Shown here one piece after another: positions 13,586 to 26,425 of a stretch of 64,000 nucleotides of DNA. Source of the DNA: Neophaeotheca triangularis (taxonomy: Eukaryota); the NCBI GenBank assembly GCA_054600435.1, contig BAAIJX010000001.1, positions 1,116,001 to 1,180,000 of the forward strand, in the 5' to 3' direction. The position numbers were made by a program, and so were the translations under genes. The notes under the pieces were generated by a model. That model did not search any database. It was not told where the DNA came from and saw only the letters and a program-made list of their open reading frames with translations. Each line of letters starts with the position of its first letter. Position 1 is the first letter of the stretch.

Positions 13586-14923
13586 ATGGCATCTACCGAA
13601 TACTGGCGGTCACACTTGGGGCAATCGCTCTGGTCGGGAGACTCTGCAAAGCAAACCTCAATCTCGAACACGACCTCGTCAATTCCGCTTAGCAACCTCC
13701 CCTACCGACCATGCCCACAACAAAGTAAATCTACCAGGCCAGACCTTCCTACCGCTCACTCGTACAGCAGTCCTCTTCCGCAGCGTCAATGGCAGGACGT
13801 ACCAGCCGAGTACCATCCGCCTTGCTTTCCAGACTCCCCCAATCAGCTTCCTACCGGCGCACAAGCACCACCAGTTCCCTACGAATGGCGATTCAGACAA
13901 GCGCCGACACGAACTCACGATTCCGGTAAACCTCGAAGGCGACCGCGGGCCCTGCGAAAATCCTCAGCACGCGACTCACCAGACGATGAATACGTCGACT
14001 CCACGTTCGCCTTACCGGATATGAGCCCATACGAGTCCTACCACGCCTTGAACAGCGCCCCAGAAGAATACGAACGGACTCGCTCGATCAGCCAACCCAA
14101 CACACCCAGCTGGCAGGCTCTTGGACATTCCCCGGGCGAACGGCAACCCCTTGACAACGCTCACACCTTCTCAGCCAGCAGTCAGAGTCAATCACACGGT
14201 ACATCGCGCACTCTTACTCGCGACGAGGCCTTTGAAGACGAAGCCGAATTCCGCCTCTTCGTGGAAGCAACTGCCGGTCTAAGCCCGGAAGACAATCGCC
14301 GGTCGTCTGTCTACAATATAGATCCGTTCGAAGCGCAAATTCACCATCAGCAACAGCAGCAGCAAAGACAACGAAATCCAATTCAACACGACTATTCCGT
14401 CTCACCCCTCGAACCACGAGATCAAAGCGCATATCCAACTCTCACTCCCAACTACTCCATCTCGCCACTCGAGCAAAACCACCCTTCACCACCACCAAGA
14501 CCCCACAGAATAAATCACACAAGCCCACAACGCTCAGAGCAGCAAACCCCAACCACCCTCCGCGCTTTCCGCACTCTAGCCGCAATGCCCCAAGCCTCTC
14601 CACCTTCTCGTCACCACCAACCCAACTCCCACCCCCCACAGCCACCCTCACGACCGCACTCACAACCACAAGCACGACCGCCCTCCATCCCACCCCCGGG
14701 GCTCCCGTCTACCTCATACCCGCACCCAAACTCCCACCAAGCCCTCCTCCCCAATCCTTTAGAACGCCTCCTGCCCGCCGACGACGAAAATGTCAACCAA
14801 GACGACGAGTTACCCGACTACGACACCAGCCAGGCGGAAGCCCAAGCCAGAAGTCGTGCAGAAGCGTCACGCAGGGCGCAGGAGCTGCAGAGGCGGTGGC
14901 GGGAAGCTAGAGGGGGAGGGTGA
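13586..14923 (+). CDS. Hypothetical Pro/Ser/Gln-rich disordered protein with a C-terminal LPDY motif and helix
   Basis: Long open frame (ORF 13412-14923) with probable start MASTEYW at 13586. Ordered-looking islands FEDEAEFRLFVEATAGL and DELPDYDTSQAEAQARSRAEASRRAQELQRRW. Confidence 0.72.
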   Translation: MASTEYWRSHLGQSLWSGDSAKQTSISNTTSSIPLSNLPYRPCPQQSKSTRPDLPTAHSYSSPLPQRQWQDVPAEYHPPCFPDSPNQLPTGAQAPPVPYEWRFRQAPTRTHDSGKPRRRPRALRKSSARDSPDDEYVDSTFALPDMSPYESYHALNSAPEEYERTRSISQPNTPSWQALGHSPGERQPLDNAHTFSASSQSQSHGTSRTLTRDEAFEDEAEFRLFVEATAGLSPEDNRRSSVYNIDPFEAQIHHQQQQQQRQRNPIQHDYSVSPLEPRDQSAYPTLTPNYSISPLEQNHPSPPPRPHRINHTSPQRSEQQTPTTLRAFRTLAAMPQASPPSRHHQPNSHPPQPPSRPHSQPQARPPSIPPPGLPSTSYPHPNSHQALLPNPLERLLPADDENVNQDDELPDYDTSQAEAQARSRAEASRRAQELQRRWREARGGG

Positions 14924-15607
14924 ATGAGAGCGTGGCGGGAATGAGGGATCTCAGGGGTTAGAGGCGGAGGGTAGCCTAGAGGAGCGGAATTTGGACCGCC
15001 GCGCAAGGGGTGGGGGGGGAAGGCAGAGGCTTGCCCTTCCCTTTGAGGATCGGACGGGTCGTAGAGCGGCAGTGCGGTAGGGTAGTTCCATGATTCGCTT
15101 CGAAGGTTGTGGGCGTTGAAGTTGCGCTGGCCGCGGCCTTCGCTCGCGTCTTTGGAAAAAGATCTCGCCATTCCCCGCGATCTAGGCGTACCGCACACAG
15201 CTGAGACACAGAGGTTCTCTCCAAGAACGCCGGCGGCGGAGCCGCTCGTGCCGTTACCCCCTGGCTTCTTTAACCTAGATATCGATCCCAATGGCCGACA
15301 TTGCGAGTTGTTCATCAAAGTAACTTAACCTAACCCTCCGGCTCGCGTCGAAATTTTTCTTTCCGGGCTCAAAACCTAGAGAGCTTCACGCTTCCTCGCG
15401 GCAGAGCCTGGAGCGAGAGTTGTTTGCTTGATGAGCTAGCTTTGCAGCTACCTAGTCGGGTGCTTGCGTTCTGCTTCTGGCTTCCATGTTGGTTGCTGTC
15501 GGGAGTTCTTGTCCGTGCTCTACTGGGAAGGCGCTCGGACTGTTGACGTGATGGGCCAAATTTTCTTTGTGGTTGTTCGTCGAACTTGCTGTTTAGAGGA
15601 GGAGGAT

Positions 15608-15666
15608 GGGGGGGGGGGGGGGGGGGGGGGGTGGTGGGGGGGGGGGGGGGGGTGGGGGGGGGGGGG
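15608..15666 (+). repeat. Near-pure poly-G tract (59 nt, 3 T interruptions)
   Basis: Seen directly. Confidence 0.9.
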
Positions 15667-16765
15667 TGCTATTGAGCCAGTCGGAGGGTCAAAGGGTCAG
15701 CAAGGCTTACCGCTACATCACCGCTCTTGGCCAGATAAGCATAGACCGCCAAACCATGTCCTTGCGCTATAGATTTTACGTGCGTAGCGGTCACATGCCT
15801 ACTGCAGCTTACTCGCCAACTTCGCTCTCTCTGTCGCGTTTTTGGCAGTGGACATGTCGCACTTCCGAAACCCACCCACCAGCCAGCCCTGTTCCGCCAA
15901 GCTCGAAACCACACTTCGTCCACGCCGTGCCACAAGTCCGACCGAAAACATCCATTCACATAATTTGAAGCCAGGAAGTCGAAAAGCCCAGCGTACCGTC
16001 GACACGATCGAGCAGCAGCCTGAAAAGGAGTCGAAATCACGGGCACTCGGTTGCTTGGAAATAGATACGAGGAAATGGAAAGGGTCTGAAGAAAAGTGCC
16101 GAGAGAGAGACGAGGGGGCAAGAGTGCCTGTCCGTGGAGGCCGAAAGCTACCGTCTGAAGAAGGGAGTCAGTCCGTCCTTTAGGTCACTCCGAGAAGCTT
16201 CTTCCGTGGAGTCTTTGAGTAGAGGAGTTTGTTGTGGCCGAACAAAGCGATTGGTAGAACTTGCTGGCACGTTGCCGGCAGTGCGTCACTCGTACGTGCG
16301 CTCTCGAGTTATCAAATGGTTTGGAGAGTTGTTTCTGGTGGATGCAATCGATCTTGCTACGAAGGAGAGATTTCACCGTCACCTGAGCTAGTTGGAGCAA
16401 GTGAGAAACGTCTTCGACCCCCTGATCGTCTTCGAACCCCTCCGGCTCACTGTGTTCTCCCGTGTTCGGCACAGTATCCAAAACACTATCATATACTGAC
16501 AAAAGTAGTCCTCGTGACAGCGTCATTAGAGCACAGATATCTACGCTCGCTACAAGCGCCAGCAGCGCTGAGAACACTGTACAACGCCCGCCCCCCACCC
16601 AAGCCGTCTTTCACCAACCCCTTTCCACCACTCGCTCAATCGACATCTTAACCTTCAAACATCCGCTTTCGCAAGCCACAAATGCACCATAGCCTCCATC
16701 ACTCAACAGCCGTCCGCCACCACAGCGCTTCCCATCTTTACAAACTCCGTTTGCAAAATTCCACC

Positions 16766-18440
16766 TTACTTCGTAACTGGAAACTCAGCCTTACCAGCCG
16801 TCTTGCTAGCGTTCAAAGCGCCCTCGAGGCCAAAAGCAGTCTTGATTCCCTCAACCCTGTGTGTGGAGTTGATGTTCTTGACCAGGGTGATTTGGTAGCA
16901 AGTCGCGCTGCCCTGGCGGGAGATGATGGTGCTGTAGGCGAGGAAATATTCCCAGATCTAATAAGCAGATTAGCGGGAATCCTTGTGTGGAAATTGGGAA
17001 GAACTTGGGGTGGAGGGGGTTTCTTCTTTCTTACCCTGTACCAACGGCTACCGTACTTGGCGACTACTTTTTCCTTGTTGCCGATCCAGTTGCGGTACCA
17101 TCTCCACAGCGTAGCGGAGTAGTGCACACCGACAGTGTCGACAGTCTTGACCTCGAAACCGGCACCCTCCAGGCGGTCGATGACGAAGTTGAGAGGCGTG
17201 GAAGCGTCGGCACCGGGGAAGATGTACTTGTTCATGAACAAGCCCCAGATGAGGTCCTCGTACTGCCAAGACTTACGCAGACCGGCCATTTGGACGTAGA
17301 AGACGCCATCGTCGTCGAGCATGTCGTGGCATTGGCGGAAGAAGGTTCCCAAGTGGCGGATACCGACGTGCTCGGCCATTTCCAGACAGGTGATTTTTTT
17401 GTAGCCACCTTCGGGCACGGGGATGTCGCGGTAGTCCATGCAGTGGATCTGCGATTGCTCTTCGGGAATGCCGGCTGCGCGGAGCCCGTTGTTGCCCCAG
17501 GCGGTTTGGTTGCGGCCAAGAGTGACACCCGTAGCTTTGGCACCGTAGTTGGCGGAAGCGAATTTGGCAAGAGTGCCCCACCCGCAGCCAATATCGAGCA
17601 TAGTCTCGCCCTGCTCAAGACCGATCTTCTCGCAGACAATGGCAAGCTTGTTGTCTTGGAGCTGTTCGAGGCTTTCCTCCTTGTTGATGTCGGAGATGAT
17701 ACCGGAGGTGTAGATCATGCGAGGACCGAGGAACCAAGCGTAGAAGTCGTCGCCTCTGTCGTAGTGGTCACGGACTTGTTCTTCGTCCTGGCTGCGAGTG
17801 TGCATGATAACTTCGGGCATCATGCCTGTCAGGAAGAACCAGTACAGGCTCAGGGTGAACCTGAACTTGGCCCAGTCGTGTCTGTACTCCATAACTTCCA
17901 AAGCGTCACCGTTGAACTCGACGTCGCCGTCAAAGTACATTTCGTGGAAAGTCTCCATTGGAATCTTGTTGCGGCCTCTGTACTTGATTTTGTCGCCGTC
18001 TTTTTTAAACGTAAGGTAGTGCTCGACGGGAGCGCCGGTGAAACGAGCTTTTTCGTTGATGCGAGGGGACATGGAGGAAGCTACGGTCCAGAATGCCATG
18101 AGGATCGGGATAGCGGTGAGGATGGCGAAGAAGATCCATGTGAAGAGGCCGCCGTTGACTTTCCATGCTAGGTAGGCTGGCACACCGCCCAGGAGGGAGA
18201 AGAGGATGGTGTTGGAGAAGGACTCTGCGCCGGCGGCATCGGCTGGGAGGGGGGCATTTTTGATTGCTGGGTACTGGAGGAGAGGAGTGTTTATGTCAGT
18301 TGGTGTCTCAAAAGCGATGCACAAGATCTTGATGTCAGACGCACCGCTGTAGTTCGTACGCCAGTGTTGCGGCTCTCCGGTGCAGGGGCCGGAGCCTTGG
18401 GCGTCTCAATGAACTCGATGGAGCTCTCTGCGACGGACAT
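16766..18440 (-). CDS. Sphingolipid C9-methyltransferase (cyclopropane-fatty-acyl synthase family SAM methyltransferase)
   Basis: Two N-terminal TM segments and motifs HYDRGDDFYAWFLGPRMIYTSG, LDIGCGWG, CLEMAEHVG, KYIFPG. ATG at 18440. Introns 18274-18344 and 16958-17034. Last exon IWEYFLAYSTIISRQGSATCYQITLVKN..., stop at 16766. Confidence 0.93.
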
Positions 18441-19011
18441 TGTGGCGGGAGGGGGGGGTTTTCAGCCTACAATGGCTGGGTGGAAGAGAGGGGGAGGGAG
18501 TGGAGAGGGTAGAGTGGTCTACGTTGTCGCGTTGTCGCGTGGGGCTCCCAAAAATTGTTTGGGCGAATCTGGACAGCTGCCCCGTTGCGGACTAGCTTCA
18601 GGAACGCGCATGGGTACAGTATTCCTCTCCTGAATATTGTGCATTGAATAGGTACAAATGAATATACCACAAGTCCTGCCATTCACTACTGCGGACGATA
18701 ACCACCGCAGACAGAGATGGCGGGTTCATATTATTGTTTCTCAGAAACGGTACAGTACCTTTAGGGACGATCACATGCTGGTAGCGACGTACAGTACAGT
18801 ACAGTACATAGCAGGTGTTTAGGGGTCTTTTGACTTCATCCCCCGCAACCGACCTCACAACCTCGGTCAAGGACCGTCGATTATATGTACGTCGTCTGTC
18901 GACGAAAGAGAAGTCGCTCCTCCTCTCGCAAAGTCACTTAAACAATTCATCAAGGTTGAGAAACAAAAAGAGCTGCTCAAACCAGTTCCATAAGCAACCT
19001 AAACCGCAGCC

Positions 19012-20078
19012 ATGGCGCGACCAAAGCTCACCCTTTACCTCGATGTCATCAGCCCATTCGCCTACATGGCATTTCACATCACAAAGGTAAGGCTCACTTC
19101 TTGAAGAGAAAGAGACCACCAGACAGTGCCCGTCGACAGAACGGCGATCTACTGAAGAATTCGCATGCTCTATTCCCTCTCCAACTTCCCCCTTCTTCCT
19201 AGCCCCTTGCTCGTCAAACGCCACCCTGACTCTGGCAATCAAACAGAACTCCCCCGTCTTCAAAGACTGCGACATAACCTACATTCCCATCTTCCTCGGC
19301 GGAGTGATGCAAGCCTGCGGCAACACGCCCCCAATCAACATCAAGAGTGCGTAAAGCCCAACCTCCAGCCCTCCAACAACAACAACAAAAACAACCCTTG
19401 GCCCTCAAACCCTCCAAAACCCGAGAGGAAACACACTCCCAGTCTAACCCCCCCAACCTCCTTAGACAAAGCCGAATACATCGAACTCCAACGCCACCGG
19501 CTCTCCACCAAATTCCGCATCCCCATCGCCTCAACCTCCCCCCAGCCCTTCCCGCAACCGACCCTCAACACGCAACGCGCGCTGTGCGTCATCCAGAAAG
19601 ACCTGGGAAACGACAAGTTGATCCGCGCCTTCACGGCACTGTATCAGGCGTTCTGGGTGGAGAAGCGGAAGATCGGGGAAGTCGGGGTGATCCAGGCAGC
19701 GCTTTCGGGGGAGGGGGTGCTTGCGGGAGAGCAGGAGGTGGCGCGGGTGATTGAGAAGGTGAGTTTTTTTCTTGTCTCTTTGCAGTTGGCGGCGTTGCTT
19801 CTCTCGCTTTTTCGCCCTTGCCCACCCCCCACACCGACAAGGCTGACAACACGCTCGCTAATCGCGACTTACAGATCTCAAACCCGGAGACCAAGGCCCA
19901 ATTAAACGCCAACACGGATACGGCGCTGAAAGACGGCTGTTTCGGGCTTCCGTGGTTCGTGGCGACGAATTCCAAGGGCGAGACGGATAGATTTTGGGGG
20001 GTCGATCAGTTGGGGCTTGTGGTGGAGGCTTTGGGCTTGGATCGCGGGAGGGAGGAAGGGTTGAGGGCACTGTTGTAG
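19012..20078 (+). CDS. Glutathione S-transferase kappa / HCCA isomerase (DsbA-like fold)
   Basis: Spliced product MARPKLTLYLDVISPFAY..PIFLGGVMQACGNTPP..FPQPTLNTQRAL..NTDTALKDGCFGLPWF..FWGVDQL. Introns 19087-19246, 19347-19465 and 19759-19874. Confidence 0.9.
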
Positions 20079-21364
20079 TGGTGGACTTAACGTCAGCAGG
20101 TGGTCGAGGGGGGGTTGGGGATATTTAGGGGCGGATTGGGCTGACAGGATTTATTGCAGGGGTTGGGTCGGTAGGGAGCGGGCCAAGGGTGAGAGTTAGA
20201 GGATAACGGCTTTGGCTAAGGAGGACGTGGAAGGGGCGTTCGGGTGCTACTTTGCGCTTTCCCAAAATTATACGGAAGACTACTAGTAGCTCTCGTTGGA
20301 TGTTATGCTCTCCATTCTTGCTTGCTTTCTCGCCCAACTGCCCATGCTGTCTAAAGCATCCAGTTGGTCGAGTTGTCGGCGAGGAACACTACAACAGACA
20401 GATGAGAATAGAACACAGTCATAACATACCCTTACACTAAGCGTGAGGAATAAAGAAGTAGAAATCGGCCAGTACGCTCTTGAAGGCGCAAAATAAAGGA
20501 GTATTACCACTACCTCGAACTCAAACTCCACGCACCGCTCCTACTTCTAACAACCGTCATCATGAACACCCGAAAAAAAAAAAAAAAAAAAGGAGGGAAT
20601 AAGCTTCTCGAAACTCCCGCGTAAGTGAAAAGAAGGAAGGCAAGCAGCGCCTTCAACAGCGATTGAGTCGCATTCGTCGCTTCGTGCTCGCAAATCACGC
20701 AAGCAATGTTGCAGTATTTCGGCCGTCAGGTGCCCTGCGCTTGCGCTCCAGCGATAGAGCGCGTGGAGCTTGCTAAGGGGGTGGTACGCTTCGCCTCCCT
20801 GCCCCTAGAAGTCCGATGAGGAAGAGCAGTTGGGGTTAACGAGCAGCGGGAGCACGGAAGCAGGGGTAGTATTGGGTGCCGGGTTTTGGATATAGATCGA
20901 GCTGGCCTCGGGACCTCGACGAATGGATCCAGCTGGATTTAAGGCTGCGGGTAGATGGATGGCTAGTCGCTGATGTCCGGGAAAAGTGCAGGAGTCTGCG
21001 TTGCGAACGGCTGGTTGCTACGGATCAATTGATGGCAAGGGGTTTGTAGTCGGGGAAAGGGCATCGGCGGCAGGCAAGGGGGGTTTGGGTTGGTAGACTA
21101 GTGCTCGGTGGGTTGATTAAGGTAAGTAGGTGTTGAGGAATATGAACGCGGTCGTCTCGTCGTTTGGCTGTTGGGTTTTGGGTGTCGGTGCTCTCGCTTC
21201 GGAACTCTCTCGCTTCGGAACTGTAACTACGCTAGTGGCGCAAATGGTATGATGGGGCGAAAAGCCCTGCCACCAACATCGTCTTGCGAGTAGCGCTATG
21301 CGGAGCTCTGCCTCACTCAGCCACATCGCATGGTAAGGATGCCAACTAGGTATTCTCGTCTCGT

Positions 21365-22862
21365 TCAGGGCGCCGCTCTTACTGTCGCGGTGCTGTCTGT
21401 AGAGTTTTCGCTCAGAGACCTCTCTTGCATGGCGTCGGCTGCTTTTTGCTGTGCTACAACTTCTCTAGCGTAGAACTCCACAAGCATTGTGCCGTAAGCC
21501 TCGATTTCCTCGACGGGGACTGATAGTCGGAAATCGTTGAGAAGTAGGAATTGCAGTTCGAGGTGGTTAAGCTCGGGAAGGGGCAGGCCACCGACCTAAG
21601 AAGATGTGTCAGTAGATTGTCTTCTAGAAGGAGTGATAGGGACTAGGAAAACACACCTTTGCATATCTCGAGTTGGTATAGAAGATATCGCTGAAGAATT
21701 TGCTGGCGCAAGTGACTCCCGCAATGACCAGTCTGTGAATGTTGAAGCTATCGACGACGAAAAAATGCGAGAGGTTGTAGGGATCAAGGAGCGCCGGCTC
21801 CGGCGGTATGCCAGGCGACTCTGCTCCTTGGGGCTTACTATGCGGCGTCCCTGGTACAGCGAATTGTACGCCCTTCTCGAGCTCGCCAGAGTGTGGAGGT
21901 GTGGCCTGCTGTGTGCCTGAGGGCGTGGTAGCTGCTATTCCTTCCATCTCTTCCGATCCTAGTGACTCGGTGGAGCTGCTGGCAGTGCTGTTCTGGCCTA
22001 CGCCGTGCTGACTTGCTTGCCGCAAGGTTTCCATGGGTCCAGCATTCACGCGCTCTGTCATGCGGTCAAAGTAGACGAGTAGGCTCAGGAAAACTTCGTA
22101 GCTGGTAGGACAGTACTTGTGAATGCGACTTAGGTAGCTCAAGATTGTTATGCTCGGTACGTTTTTGCCGTGAAAGGCCAAGACGCTGCTCGTTTGTTGG
22201 TTCATTTGGGATGCCGCTTCTGCAGACGGCGGTTGTCGGTGGAGGTGTTCGTGTTGTTGGTCGTTAGTTGTCGTGATCTTCGTAAGTAGGCCAGCCACCA
22301 TCTCTATAATGTGCTCTACTTTCATGTCGCTGATTTCGTATTGTGGGCTATCTTCCCCTCCTCTTGCCCTGGACTGACTGCGGCTGCTACTCTCGGAGAA
22401 GGCGCCCATGTCGTCTGTCGCAAAGCTTTGAATGTGCTCAAGATCGCGTACGCGGATCTTCCTCGATCGCCCTGATCGCGCATCGTCTGCGGTTGCGCCG
22501 CCGCTTGGCGCGTTGCTCTTCCGAAAATAAGATTGAGGATGTTCGGAGGGAGGTGCAGCCTGAGCCGCTAAGGGAGGGCTCGCCGGCTGCTGTTGAGGCG
22601 CGCCACGTCGTTGCGGAGTAGGTGTTGTTCTGCTCTCTGTAGAAGAAGTGTGTTCGCGCGGCGGCACGGTGCGGGTTGCAGACGAGCTGGATGCTCTCTG
22701 CCCCGAAGCGGACATGTGTGGCTCGGTGGGGCGCGAGGGCGTTCGACTGCGCCTTTGGTTGGGGGTGGAGGTGACAGGAGTGTCGCGAAAGGGCGCCGTG
22801 TGAGGGTGGTGGTTTGAAGCGTGACCGAAGAAGGAATTCACAGCCTCATGCACCACTGACAT
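21365..22862 (-). CDS. Pho85-type cyclin (Pho80/Pcl6/Pcl7 family)
   Basis: FHGKNVPSITILSYLSRIHKYCP..NIHRLVIAGVTCASKFFSDIFYTNSRYAK, then intron 21596-21656, then VGGLPLPELNHLELQFLLLNDFRL..., stop at 21365. Confidence 0.92.
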
Positions 22863-23987
22863 GGTAAATCGTCGGCCACTTCAAGGAAAGGGGCTGCGTG
22901 TTGTCTGTTGGGTGGGGAGATATGGAGTCAGCCTGGTGTAGCCTCGCCGGTCTGCTCCGAGCGCATTGCAATTGCACCTCGTCGTCGCGTGAAGTTGGAG
23001 TGGAGGTGTAGGTGAGGCAGCAAGTGGTGGCGGCGAGGTGAACAGCGAATATCAAGGTAGAAGTACGAGAGTATGTATGTATGTAGGTAGGTAGTAGGTA
23101 TGGAGACGGGATGTACTGTGGTAGGAATCCATCGCAAAGGCGGTGACGACGCTACCAGGGCATCCATGACAGGCGTGGACAGGCCGGCCAAATCCCAACA
23201 CAAGATAAGATCTCTACGAAGATGAAAACACGCCCGACTTACCTCGCTCATTCCTGATCCCCCCTTGTCGTTGTCGTTATCGTCGTTGTCGTTGTCGTTG
23301 GCTTGTGTATGCACTGGCGAATTGCCTGTTGCAAAAATGTAAATGCAAAGTGCACGTCAGAGCATGCCCAAAGTCGAGAGAGATGTTTTGTGATAGATCT
23401 TGAGAATAAAACACTCGTCAAAAAGAGTTGGGACATGCTGCTAGGTGCTTGCGGGAACGGCCTTGATGCGGCTATCTGCCGTGGCGTTTGCGCTATGTAA
23501 CTTTAGCGTGAGCAAACACCCTGTACTAAATGAGTATGTAGGTACTGTATACCTTGACATTACTTCCAAGGTTGTGTATAATGTGTATTGCAGCTCGGTG
23601 ACATTGATACAGTAGGTGTCATGTATAGCTGTCAGGCGCCACTCGAACCGTGGCATCACTGCTTCATACGCCCACATCTACGACGAAACGTTCAACCTGA
23701 TCATCTCGAGAACAGTATTTCAGCACTCTCACATGCGAGGTGGAGCTACATTGTTACCGCAGCTACTAGATGCGCCATCGGCCAGACTCGGCGTATGCCA
23801 CTGCAAGCCTAGAGCTGCCCAACTCTCCTCCAGCAGGGCCTATTGGTCGTATTGGTACAGATATATCATCTTTGCGCAGCCGCCAGCTGGGCTGCGCCTA
23901 TCATGCGGTGTTGCACACTCACACACCGCAGCCATTAATGTGCCCTCTCGATACTTCATCCTCTCCCAATATCCATCGAAACCATCC

Positions 23988-24923
23988 CTACGGCTTGTCT
24001 GTCCCAGGTCCCTCGTAATTCCTGTCCGGGAGGTAAAGGTGTCGCACCGCGCCCTGGTTTGTCAAGACGACCATCCTGATGACACCGCCGGAGCTGCCAT
24101 CCCACTTGATAGCCTCCTGCAGCGCGCCCTTGACGAAGTTGATGCCTTCCTGCTCGTTCATACCCTCCCTCCAGTTCGCGTCGCAGTAGCCATAGATGTA
24201 CGTCGAGCCGGAACCGCCAATGGAGTAGGCTTGCTTGTGAAGAGAGCCGCCGAGGGGGATCGAGTAGACTTGGCCACCGTGCCTTTGGTCCCAGCCTGCT
24301 ATTATTATACCGGCGCTAAAATACTAATCAGCTTCTGCCGCTTGTATGTGTTTTGCGGACGGTAATCGATCTTACCTCAAAGCGTTCTTGTTCTCGTAGC
24401 ACAACTCTTGGAAAAGTGCAGCGGCTGTCTGAGTGGTGGGTGGCTCGTCGTTGGTGATGCCGTACATGCCGAGATGATACTGCACGATATCCGCAACCGC
24501 CTGCGTATCCGCCGCTGAGCCAGACCTACAGCACCAGATTGTATCGTGTACTTGAGTGAGCTTGTCCGTGACTCTGTTCGCGATATATGCGCCCGTCGTC
24601 GTCCTGCTGTCTGCGCCCAGTATCACGCCGTCTTTGAAGTTGATCGCCATGCTATGGGCTGGTCAGTGTCTTGATCCTGAGGTAGCGAGAGGCTCGCAAG
24701 GGTCGCCGGTGAAACGTACATCGATGTGCCTAGGCTGAGAGGAAGTTAGCTGAGAACGATGTTGAGGTATATGTCCAGTGGCGGCACTCACTTGACTTCA
24801 CCCGATTTGAGGTGGTTCATGTCGATGTGAACACCATCTGTTGCTACCGTCAGTCGATTTCCCAGGCGGCTCGATTCACGATATCCTACCTTCGCCCAGC
24901 ATGCCGGTCGCCTGCGAGATCAT
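23988..24923 (-). CDS. PRE3: 20S proteasome subunit beta1
   Basis: Five exons assemble to [87 protein letters not shown]. The propeptide and catalytic Thr1 are intact. Confidence 0.95.
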
Positions 24924-25420
24924 CTTGACGATTGCTAGGCTGGTGTGAGTCGAGAATGTGTGAAGGCTGCCGGTTTGACTGTCGCTCAAGTAGCGGTATG
25001 GGCTTGCGAAGTGTGGCGGGGTGTTCTGGTGATGTGATGTAGGGTCGAGTGTTTGATCTGTCCACTGGTGCAGGTGGTCAAGCTGCAGGCGACGAACGAC
25101 CGCGTCAAGCTCCGAGATGGAAGGAGCGACGTCAAAGCTTCCAAGGTTCCAACAACGCTGGCCTGAGGCACAATCAGGCAAAAGATAGATACAGCATCAA
25201 CACTCACTTCGTACCACTTACACAACCCAAATTGGATCTGTGCTTTCCGAATATCAATAAATACACCGTATCCTGACATTGTTTCACCTACAACAAGACG
25301 CCGGCGGAAACCCCGTGGGATGTGTGAATAACTTGTCACCCACCGACACTCGACTTCAACTCCCTGTCGGCCAGGTGGGTTGAATTCAAGGCCAACGAAT
25401 AGAGATACTGGACACTCGTA

Positions 25421-26425
25421 ATGGCTGCTCTGTGGGCATACGCAAGACTGCCCTTCTACGTAGGTAGCGGTCTCGTAGGTCTAGCCGGCAGCGCCCTCTA
25501 CTACTACCAAAAGTAAGCCAAGCCCCCAACCAACATTACCTATATCGCGTTTTCAACTAACATTTCTTCTTGCAGCGAACTCATCTATCCCCGCAACATT
25601 CCTCCAGGAGCCCGAACAGAAGTTCCCCGCCCACCGCAGTTTGGCTTTGACGACCACGAAGAATTGAGCCTCCCAACATCCGATGGCGAAACACTAAGCG
25701 CCTTTCTGGTACGCCCACCCAACAAGGCCAAAGCCCGACCTCTCACGATCCTAACCTTCCACGGCAACGCCGGCAACATCGGCCACCGTCTACCCATCGC
25801 CCGCATGCTGACCAACGAACTGCACTGCAAAGTCCTGATGCTCGAGTACCGGGGCTACGGGCTCTCCACAGGCGACCCGAGCGAGAAGGGCTTGTCGATA
25901 GATGCGCAAACAGGTCTGGACTACATTCGCAGCCGCGAGGACCTCAAAAACGACGGCATCGTAGTGTACGGCCAGAGTCTGGGTGGTGCTGTGGCGATTG
26001 ATTTGCTCTCCAAGAACCAGGATGCCAAAGACATCAGGGGGTTGGTGTTGGAAAATACCTTTTTAAGTATTCCGAAGATGATTCCGAGTGTCATGCCCGT
26101 GGCGAAGTACTTGACGCCGCTTTGTCATGAGTATTGGCGGAGCGAGGAAATGTTGCCGAAGATTACAGGGGTGCCGGTGCTGTTTTTGAGTGGGTTAAAG
26201 GACGAGATAGTACCGTGAGTTTCCTTCCTCACACTTGATGATTATCCCATATGCTGATCGTTTCGCAGCCCTTCACACATGAAGGAACTATTCCGAATGT
26301 GCAAAGCCCGGACCGTCATCTGGAAAGAGCTACCAAACGGCGATCACAATGCCACCGTCGCGGAGCCGGGATACTTCAATTACATTGACGACTTCATTCA
26401 GAGACACGTGCTTGCGGACTCATAG
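25421..26425 (+). CDS. bem46: Bem46/ABHD13-like alpha/beta hydrolase
   Basis: N-terminal hydrophobic anchor, FHGNAGNIGHR, EYRGYG, GQSLGGAVA (nucleophile), LSGLKDEIVP (Asp), GDHN (His). Introns 25513-25575 and 26215-26268. Confidence 0.9.

Noticed and set aside
20060..20078. C-terminal ALL of the kappa GST as a PTS1
   Set aside because: Kappa GSTs are often peroxisomal, but ALL lacks the basic residue at -2 and cannot be called from sequence alone.
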